From an uncultured Eubacteriales bacterium (GTDB taxonomy: Bacteria > Bacillota > Clostridia > TANB77 > CAG-508), in contig CAURYI010000001.1 of assembly GCA_963529075.1 (NCBI GenBank), forward strand, positions 1 through 53,703: a stretch of DNA of 53,703 bases. The letters run 5' to 3'. Within the stretch, counting starts at the first letter, position 1. The number at the start of each line of letters is the position of its first letter. A model generated the notes under the pieces. The model searched no databases, was not told the origin of the DNA, and worked only from the letters and a program-made list of their open reading frames with translations. Positions 45,990 to 53,703 of this stretch are shown one piece after another. A program made the translations under genes and the position numbers.

Positions 45990-46078
45990 ACAATAAGTAT
46001 TTTTATACGGAAAAAAGAAATCTAGAGGGCTAATAGATGTTAAATTTCGTAATGATGAGAAGTTTATAAATTTAAAAA

Positions 46079-46116
46079 GAGGTAATACCAAATAGCGATT
46101 TGGTTTACCTTTTTTT
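46079..46116 (+). terminator. Intrinsic terminator/attenuator inside the rpoB leader
   Basis: AGGTAATACCAAAT-AGCG-ATTTGGTTTACCT (13 bp with one bulge) followed by T7. It lies about 195 nt upstream of the rpoB start. Confidence 0.7.
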
Positions 46117-46310
46117 GCCGTGTATGATTTTATAGCCATTTTTTCTGTATTGAATGATTATAAATTGAGAAGAATTACTTAGGGAAATATTGCTTTTTTA
46201 TATAAAAGAGGGGCAGATTTTAGACTAAAAAATAATATTAAACTAAGATTAAGAAGAACTTAATTAATAATAAAAATCTTTCTGCTTAAAAAATAAGAGG
46301 AGGTACACCT

Positions 46311-49300
46311 TTGTTAGAGTTAAAGGATGTAAAACACGAAAAAACTACTAGAAAATCTTTTTCAAAAATCGACAATTTTATTGAAATGCCAAACTTAGTA
46401 AAAGTGCAAAAAGATTCATATAATTGGTTTTTGAAAGAAGGCCTTGGTGAAGTATTAAAAGAAGTATCACCAATAACAGATTTTACAGAAAATCTTGTAT
46501 TAGATTTTATTGATTACCACATGGATGAAAAATCAAAATACACAGTAGAAGAAGCAAAAGAGAGAGATGCAACATATTCAAAAAAATTGCATGTAAAAGT
46601 AAGATTATTTAATCGTGAATCAGGAGAAATCAAGGAACAAGAAATATATCTTGGAGATTTCCCAATAATGACAGACACAGGAACATTCGTAATTAACGGA
46701 GCTGAGAGAGTTGTAGTAAGCCAGTTAGTTCGTTCACCAAGCTGTTATTATGCAAGTACTTTTGATAACAAAAAAGGAAAAAATCTATTATCATCAACAG
46801 TAATGCCGTTAAGAGGAGCATGGTTAGAATATGAATCAGACAATAATGACATTACATATGTAAGAGTTGATAGAACAAGAAAATTACCTATAACTACATT
46901 AATTAGAGCATTAGGTATAGAACAAGATAGCCAAATTTTAGAGATATTTGGTGAAGAAAATCTATTAAAGCTAACATTAGAAAAAGATGTAACAAAAACT
47001 CAAGAAGAAGCCTTAATTGAAATTTATAAAAAATTAAGACCTGGCGAATTGCCAACAATTGAAGCAGCTAAAACATTATTTGATAGATTATTCTTCGATC
47101 CAAAGAGATATGATTTAGCTAAAGTTGGAAGACATAAATTCAATATGAAATTAAGCCTTGCAACAAGAATCACAAACCAAGAAGCATTCGAAGATATTAT
47201 GGATTTACAAACAGGCGAAGTACTTGTTGAAAAAGGACAAATTATATCAGCAGAAATTGCAAAACAAATTCAAAATTCTGGAATCAATACAGTTGCAGTA
47301 AAAGTAAAAGATAACAAAGTAATAATTATAGGTAACGGAACAGTTGATATTCATAATTTTGTAGAAGATAGTGATTTAGGAGATTTAAAATTTAAAGAGT
47401 ATGTAAATTATTCATTATTAAAATCAATAATTGAAAATACTGATAAAGATAAACTATATGAAGCATTAAAAGAAAATTATGATGAATTATTACCTAGACA
47501 CATAACAAATGAAGATATATTTGCATCAATAAGCTATTTCCTAAATTTAGACCATAAATTAGGAAAAATCGATGATATCGATCATTTAGGAAACAGAAGA
47601 GTTAGATGTGTAGGAGAATTGTTACAAAATCAATTTAGAATTGGTTTAGCAAGACTTGAAAGAGTTGTAAGAGAAAGAATGACAGTTCAAGACTTAGACT
47701 CAATCACACCACAAGCCTTAATTAATACAAAACCAATTTCATCAGCAATTAGGGAATTCTTCGGAAGTTCACAATTATCACAATTCATGGATCAAACAAA
47801 TCCATTATCAGAATTAGCACATAAGAGAAGAATTTCAGCATTAGGACCAGGTGGTTTAACAAGAGAAAGAGCAGGATTTGAAGTACGTGATATTCACTAT
47901 ACACACTACGGAAGACTATGCCCAATTGAATCACCAGAAGGACCAAACATTGGATTAATTTCAGCATTATCAATTTTTGCAAGAATTAATGAATACGGAT
48001 TTGTTGAAGCACCATATAGAAAAATTGATCATAAAACAGGAAAAATAACAGATCAAGTAGATTATTTATCAGCAGATCAAGAAGATAAATACATTATGGC
48101 ACAAGCGACAGAGCCAATTGGAAAAGATGGAAGATTTGTTAATAAAGTAATAAAAGTTAGAAAAGTAACAGAATACCAACAAGTACCGGCAGAAATGGTA
48201 GACTATATTGAAGTATCTCCACAAGAAATAGCTTCAATTGCAGCAACAATGATACCATTCATGGAGCATGATGATGTTAAGAGAACATTAATGGGTTCAA
48301 ACATGCAAAGACAAGCTGTCCCATTATTAAAAACTGAAGCACCAATAGTTGCAACAGGTATGGAATATAGAGCAGCAGTTGACTCAGGTATTACAATTTT
48401 AGCTAAAAACAAAGGTATTGTTGAGAAAGTAACAGCTGAAAAAATTGATATCAGAAATGAACATGGTGACCTTGATACATATAAATTGTTGAAATTCAAG
48501 AGAACAAACGGTGGAACATGTTTCAATCAAAGACCAATTGTACAAGTTGGTGAGAGAGTTGAAGCCGGTGAAACAATTGCAGACGGACCATCAACAAATA
48601 ATGGTGAAATGTCATTAGGTAAAAATGCATTAATTGCTATTGCAACATGGGAAGGTTATAACTTTGAGGACGCCGTATTAATCAGTGAAAGATTAGTTAA
48701 AGAAGACGTATTCACATCAATTCACATTGAGGAATACAACTGCGAATGTAGAGATACAAAATTAGGACCAGAAGAAATAACAAGAGATATTCCAAATTTA
48801 GGAGAAGATACATTAAAAGACCTAGACGAAAGTGGAATAATCAGAATTGGTGCAGAAGTAAGACCTGGAGATATTCTTGTAGGAAAAGTAACACCAAAAG
48901 GTGAAACTGAATTAACTGCAGAAGAAAGATTATTAAGAGCCATCTTTGGTGAAAAGACTAGAGAAGTAAGAGACGCATCATTAAAAGTGCCACATGGTGA
49001 AGCTGGAACAATAGTAGATGTTAAAATTTTTACAAGAGATAATTCAGATGAATTAGGACCTGGTGTAAATCAAATAGTCAGAGTATATATCGCAACAAAG
49101 AGAAAGATTTCAGTTGGTGATAAAATGTCTGGGCGTCACGGAAACAAAGGTGTTGTATCAAGAATAATGAGAGAAGAAGATATGCCATTCTTACCAGATG
49201 GTACACCAGTTGACATCTTATTAAATCCAATGGGTATTCCATCTCGTATGAACTTAGGACAGGTATTAGAAGTACACTTAGGTATGGCAGCTAGAGCATT

Positions 49301-50069
49301 GGGATGGAAAGTAGAAACACCAGTATTTGACGGTGCAAGCTTCGAGCAAATTGGAGATATGCTAGAACAAGCAGGATTAAGAAGAGATGGTAAAACAGTA
49401 TTATACGATGGTAGAACTGGAGATCCATTTGAACATGAAGTCACAGTAGGTGTAATGTACATGTTAAAACTACACCACTTAGTAGATGATAAAATCCATG
49501 CTCGTTCAACAGGACCATACTCATTAGTAACACAACAACCTCTAGGAGGTAAAGCACAATTCGGTGGTCAAAGATTTGGTGAAATGGAAGTTTGGGCACT
49601 TGAAGCATATGGTGCTGCATATACATTACAAGAAATGATTACAACAAAATCAGATGATATTGTTGGACGTGTAAAAACATATGAAGCAATTGTAAAAGGT
49701 GAAAACATACCAAAACCAGGAATCCCAGAAGGATTTAAAGTACTTGTAAAAGAATTGCAAGCATTAGGATTAGATATTAAGCTATATACTAATAAAGGAA
49801 ATGAAATTGAGTTAAAAGAAGATATTGAAGATGGAATTGATTTCAATTCAATAACAGATTCAAAAAACAATAACAATATTTCTTCACAAGATGAAAAAGA
49901 ATTATCAGAAGGATTTTCAACAGTTGATGTAGAGTCAGAATATACTGATAATGAGGAATCAAGCGATGAATTGTTTGACGATTTAACAGCTGATTTTGAA
50001 GATAACTTATTATCAGATGATGGAGACGGATACGAAGAAGAAGACGAAGGCTTTGATGATAATATGTAA
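46311..50069 (+). CDS. rpoB: DNA-directed RNA polymerase beta subunit
   Basis: 1252 aa. TTG start 9 nt after AGGAGG. Conserved blocks include [24 protein letters not shown] and [18 protein letters not shown]. Confidence 0.97.
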   Translation: MLELKDVKHEKTTRKSFSKIDNFIEMPNLVKVQKDSYNWFLKEGLGEVLKEVSPITDFTENLVLDFIDYHMDEKSKYTVEEAKERDATYSKKLHVKVRLFNRESGEIKEQEIYLGDFPIMTDTGTFVINGAERVVVSQLVRSPSCYYASTFDNKKGKNLLSSTVMPLRGAWLEYESDNNDITYVRVDRTRKLPITTLIRALGIEQDSQILEIFGEENLLKLTLEKDVTKTQEEALIEIYKKLRPGELPTIEAAKTLFDRLFFDPKRYDLAKVGRHKFNMKLSLATRITNQEAFEDIMDLQTGEVLVEKGQIISAEIAKQIQNSGINTVAVKVKDNKVIIIGNGTVDIHNFVEDSDLGDLKFKEYVNYSLLKSIIENTDKDKLYEALKENYDELLPRHITNEDIFASISYFLNLDHKLGKIDDIDHLGNRRVRCVGELLQNQFRIGLARLERVVRERMTVQDLDSITPQALINTKPISSAIREFFGSSQLSQFMDQTNPLSELAHKRRISALGPGGLTRERAGFEVRDIHYTHYGRLCPIESPEGPNIGLISALSIFARINEYGFVEAPYRKIDHKTGKITDQVDYLSADQEDKYIMAQATEPIGKDGRFVNKVIKVRKVTEYQQVPAEMVDYIEVSPQEIASIAATMIPFMEHDDVKRTLMGSNMQRQAVPLLKTEAPIVATGMEYRAAVDSGITILAKNKGIVEKVTAEKIDIRNEHGDLDTYKLLKFKRTNGGTCFNQRPIVQVGERVEAGETIADGPSTNNGEMSLGKNALIAIATWEGYNFEDAVLISERLVKEDVFTSIHIEEYNCECRDTKLGPEEITRDIPNLGEDTLKDLDESGIIRIGAEVRPGDILVGKVTPKGETELTAEERLLRAIFGEKTREVRDASLKVPHGEAGTIVDVKIFTRDNSDELGPGVNQIVRVYIATKRKISVGDKMSGRHGNKGVVSRIMREEDMPFLPDGTPVDILLNPMGIPSRMNLGQVLEVHLGMAARALGWKVETPVFDGASFEQIGDMLEQAGLRRDGKTVLYDGRTGDPFEHEVTVGVMYMLKLHHLVDDKIHARSTGPYSLVTQQPLGGKAQFGGQRFGEMEVWALEAYGAAYTLQEMITTKSDDIVGRVKTYEAIVKGENIPKPGIPEGFKVLVKELQALGLDIKLYTNKGNEIELKEDIEDGIDFNSITDSKNNNNISSQDEKELSEGFSTVDVESEYTDNEESSDELFDDLTADFEDNLLSDDGDGYEEEDEGFDDNM

Positions 50070-50181
50070 GACTAAAATTAAATAGTTTGAAAAGATTAAG
50101 CTCAAGCAGATATTGATTGTACAGCGGTGTAAAAAGAGCTTAATCCCAGTAAAACACCAAATAATTATAGGGGGCTATTTA

Positions 50182-53100
50182 GTGGAAGAGTTAGAAAACT
50201 TAAGTCAAATTAAGATAGATTTAGCATCTGATGAAGATATCAGAATGTGGTCAAGGGGCGAAGTAAAAAAGCCAGAAACTATTAACTATAGAACATTAAA
50301 ACCAGAAAAAGATGGTCTATTCTGCGAAAGAATATTTGGACCAGTAAAAGATTGGGAATGTCATTGTGGAAAATATAAGAAAATAAGATTTAAAGGTATA
50401 GTCTGCGATAGATGTGGTGTTGAAGTAACAAAATCAAAAGTAAGACGTGAAAGAATGGGGCATATTGAATTAGCAGCTCCAGTAGCACATATTTGGTACT
50501 TCAAAGGAATACCAAACAGAATAGCATTGGTATTGGATATTTCACCAAAAGACGTAGAAAAAGTAGTTTACTTTGCATCATATGTTGTAACAGAAAAAGG
50601 CGACACAGGATTAACAAAATGTCAAGTTTTAAATGAGAGAGAATACCATGAAGCTGTTGAAAAATACGGGTTTGGTTCATTTAAAGCAGAAATGGGAGCC
50701 GAAGCACTTCAAAAATTATTAAGAGAAGTTGATGTAGATGAATTAACAGACAAAATTAAAAAAGAAATTACAAATTCAAGTGAACAAAAGAAAGCTAGAT
50801 TAATCAAGAGATTGGATACAATTGATTCGTTCAGAAATTCTAGAAACAAACCAGAATGGATGGTAATGAATGCAATACCAGTAATACCACCTGATTTAAG
50901 ACCAATGGTACAATTGGATGGTGGACGATTTGCAACATCTGACTTAAACGATTTATATAGAAGAGTAATTAACAGAAATAACAGATTAAAAAGATTAATT
51001 GAATTAGGAGCTCCAGAAATCATTTTAAGAAATGAAAAAAGAATGCTTCAAGAATCAGTTGATGCTTTAATTGATAACAGTAGAAGAGGAAAACCAGTAA
51101 CTGGAGCTGGTGGAAGAGCATTAAAATCATTATCAGATATGTTAAAAGGAAAACAAGGTAGATTCCGTCAAAACTTATTAGGTAAGAGAGTTGACTATTC
51201 TGGACGTTCAGTTATCGTTGTAGGTCCAGAGTTAAAGATTTACCAATGTGGTGTTCCAAAAGAAATGGCAGTAGAATTATTCAAACCATTTGTAATGAGA
51301 GAATTATGCCAAAGAGGATTAGCAAATAATATCAGAAGTGCAAAAAGAATGGTAGAAAGATTGGATCCATCAGTATGGGAAGTATTAGAAGATGTAATTC
51401 ATGATCATCCAGTATTACTAAACCGTGCTCCAACACTACATAGATTGGGTATTCAAGCATTTGAACCAGTATTAGTAGAAGGTAGAGCAATCAAGCTACA
51501 TCCATTAGTATGTAGTGCATTTAACGCCGATTTCGACGGTGATCAAATGGCTATTCACTTACCATTATCACCAGAAGCACAAGCTGAATCAAGATATTTA
51601 ATGTTATCAACAAACAACTTATTAAAACCAACAGATGGTGCGCCAATTACACAACCATCACAAGATATGATCTTAGGAGCATACTATTTAACTTTAGATG
51701 TTGATCTTGAAGAAGGAGATACAGAAGAAGTTATAAAAAACAAAGGTGTGTTAGGTGCTGGAAAATATTTCTCTTCAACAGATGAAGCAGAAATGGCATT
51801 CTTAAATGGAGATTTAGGTGTACACGCTAAGATTCATGTAAGAATTGCAAAATATGATGAAAACGGAAATGAATTAAGACACGGAATCATCGAAACAACA
51901 ATAGGAAAAATTATATATAATAAAGGAATTCCACAAGATTTAGGATTTGTAGATAGAACAAAGCCAGAAAACGAATTCGAATTAGAAGTTAATTTCACAA
52001 CAGCTAAAAAACAATTAAAGAAAATAATTGATAAATGTATTGAAATTCACGGATTAGATAGAACGGCAGAATTACTAGATTATATTAAATCAACAGGTTA
52101 TAAATATTGTACAACTGCAGGTATTACAGTATCTATGTACGACGTTAGTGTTCCAGAAGAAAAACCAGGATTACTAAAAGAAGGACAAGATGAAGTTGAT
52201 GTTATAGGAAAACAATATGCACGTGGTTTAATAACAGACAAAGAACGTTATACAAACGTAATTAAAGTTTGGGAAAGAATTACAGACGAAGTTGCAAAAG
52301 TAATGATTAGTAAATTCGATAAATTAAATCCAATTTACATGATGTCAGACTCAGGAGCTCGTGGTAACTTATCACAATTACGTCAGGTAGCAGGTATGCG
52401 TGGATTGATGGCAAGTACAACAGGTAAAACAGTTGAAATTCCAATCAAATCATCATTCTATGAAGGTCTAGACTCATTAGAATACTTCATCGCTGCTCAC
52501 GGAACACGTAAAGGATTCTCAGATACAGCTCTAAGAACAGCCGATTCAGGATACTTAACAAGAAGACTTGTAGATGTTTCACAAGATATTATCGTAAGAG
52601 AACATGATTGTGGAACAACAGAAGGACTTGAAGTATATGCAATCATGAATGGAAATCAAGTAATTGAATCATTAGAAGAAAGAATTATAGGAAGATATCC
52701 ATTAAATGATATAAAACATCCAGAAACAGGAGAAGTTCTAGCTTCAAAAGAATCAAAAATTACTGATAAACAAGCAAAAGCAATTGTTGCAGCTGGAATC
52801 GAAAGAGTAACAGTAAGATCAGTATTAAACTGTAAAACACAACATGGTATCTGTGAAAGATGTTATGGTATGAGCATGTCAACAAGAGGAGACCTACAAA
52901 TAGGCGAACCAATAGGAACAATTGCAGCTCAATCAATCGGTGAACCTGGTACACAGCTTACAATGAGAACAATTCACTCAGGTGGTGTTGCAGGTGGCGC
53001 AGATATTACACAAGGTCTTCCTAGAGTTGAGGAGCTATTTGAAGCTCGCAAACCAAAGGGACTAGCTGTTATAACAGAGATTTCAGGTGTGGTATCAATT

Positions 53101-53703
53101 ACAGAAATTAAGAAAAAGAAACAAGTAACAGTAACAAGTAAAGATGACAGTAGATCATATTCAATCCCATTCGGACTAAAATTGAAAGTAGAAGAAGGAC
53201 AAGAAGTTGAAAAAGGTGATCCGATCACAGAAGGTTCAATCAATCCAAATGAAATACTTGAAATTAAAGGAGCCGAAGGAGTTCACGAATATATCGTACA
53301 AGAAATCCAAAAGGTATATAGAAGCCAAGGTGTTGATATTAATGACAAACACATTGAAGTTATTGCAAGACAAATGTTAAGAAAAGTAAAAATCGAAGAT
53401 CCAGGTGATAGTGATATTATTCCAGGAATGCAAATAGATGTTAATGAATTAAATGAAATTAATGAGAAATTAGCAGCAGAAGGAAAACAAATAACAACAG
53501 GAAAGAGAATTTTATTAGGTATTACAAAAGCATCACTTGCAACAGACAGCTTCTTATCAGCAGCATCATTCCAAGAAACAACAAGAGTATTAACAGATGC
53601 AGCAATTAAAGGTAAGTCAGATTACTTAATAGGATTAAAAGAAAATGTTATAATTGGTAAATTAATACCAGCTGGAACCGGTATGGATAAATACCAAGAA
53701 ACA
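50182..53703 (+). CDS. rpoC: DNA-directed RNA polymerase beta' subunit (3'-truncated by the window edge)
   Basis: GTG at 50182 lies 7 nt after AGGGGG. Conserved blocks include [29 protein letters not shown], the Zn finger CHCGKYK...[15 protein letters not shown] and KLIPAGTGM. The frame is open to the last base. It is absent from the ORF track only because no stop codon falls in the window. Confidence 0.97.
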   Translation, partial: MEELENLSQIKIDLASDEDIRMWSRGEVKKPETINYRTLKPEKDGLFCERIFGPVKDWECHCGKYKKIRFKGIVCDRCGVEVTKSKVRRERMGHIELAAPVAHIWYFKGIPNRIALVLDISPKDVEKVVYFASYVVTEKGDTGLTKCQVLNEREYHEAVEKYGFGSFKAEMGAEALQKLLREVDVDELTDKIKKEITNSSEQKKARLIKRLDTIDSFRNSRNKPEWMVMNAIPVIPPDLRPMVQLDGGRFATSDLNDLYRRVINRNNRLKRLIELGAPEIILRNEKRMLQESVDALIDNSRRGKPVTGAGGRALKSLSDMLKGKQGRFRQNLLGKRVDYSGRSVIVVGPELKIYQCGVPKEMAVELFKPFVMRELCQRGLANNIRSAKRMVERLDPSVWEVLEDVIHDHPVLLNRAPTLHRLGIQAFEPVLVEGRAIKLHPLVCSAFNADFDGDQMAIHLPLSPEAQAESRYLMLSTNNLLKPTDGAPITQPSQDMILGAYYLTLDVDLEEGDTEEVIKNKGVLGAGKYFSSTDEAEMAFLNGDLGVHAKIHVRIAKYDENGNELRHGIIETTIGKIIYNKGIPQDLGFVDRTKPENEFELEVNFTTAKKQLKKIIDKCIEIHGLDRTAELLDYIKSTGYKYCTTAGITVSMYDVSVPEEKPGLLKEGQDEVDVIGKQYARGLITDKERYTNVIKVWERITDEVAKVMISKFDKLNPIYMMSDSGARGNLSQLRQVAGMRGLMASTTGKTVEIPIKSSFYEGLDSLEYFIAAHGTRKGFSDTALRTADSGYLTRRLVDVSQDIIVREHDCGTTEGLEVYAIMNGNQVIESLEERIIGRYPLNDIKHPETGEVLASKESKITDKQAKAIVAAGIERVTVRSVLNCKTQHGICERCYGMSMSTRGDLQIGEPIGTIAAQSIGEPGTQLTMRTIHSGGVAGGADITQGLPRVEELFEARKPKGLAVITEISGVVSITEIKKKKQVTVTSKDDSRSYSIPFGLKLKVEEGQEVEKGDPITEGSINPNEILEIKGAEGVHEYIVQEIQKVYRSQGVDINDKHIEVIARQMLRKVKIEDPGDSDIIPGMQIDVNELNEINEKLAAEGKQITTGKRILLGITKASLATDSFLSAASFQETTRVLTDAAIKGKSDYLIGLKENVIIGKLIPAGTGMDKYQET

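Overview
Chromosomal window from a very AT-rich Gram-positive bacterium (Bacillota-like, roughly 25-30% GC, standard code 11). SD-type RBSs are strong and most genes lie on the + strand. The left edge cuts a large LPXTG-type surface adhesin built of Cna-B and MucBP modules. The right edge cuts rpoC, which follows an intact rpoB. Between them are cell-envelope genes: ddl, plsC, a VanW-like protein, an LCP protein, a PBP5-type carboxypeptidase, an M23 peptidase, cvpA, and an ABC-2/GldG-like module. Also present are pyrBI, comEA, an aquaporin, topB, a redox set (dfx, gpx, trxB), and five tRNA genes: Pro-UGG, Arg-UCU, Leu-UAG, Thr-CGU and initiator Met. Three genes are visibly inactivated. A DagK/YegS-type lipid kinase has a +1 frameshift inside its GGDGT motif. 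An M18 aminopeptidase has one in-frame TAA. An OhrR/MarR-type regulator upstream of gpx-trxB is heavily decayed. The most interesting locus is 35282-40729, a five-gene operon behind a consensus promoter and a 23-bp palindromic operator. It encodes a Fur-family repressor, a CooC/MinD-type ATPase, a type-III PLP decarboxylase-like enzyme, a CysK-like enzyme fused to a rhodanese, and a SufS-like cysteine desulfurase. I cannot assign this combination to any pathway I know, and I propose it as a metal- or redox-regulated sulfur-transfer and small-molecule (or cofactor) system. Immediately upstream, the initiator tRNA gene carries a 46-bp duplication of its 3' half 1.8 kb away. The duplication brackets a small islet containing a DUF4143-type ATPase and exactly phased 23-nt direct repeats. 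Three small orphan genes at about 37-43% GC look horizontally acquired. All functional calls rest on motifs read by eye; no database search was possible.
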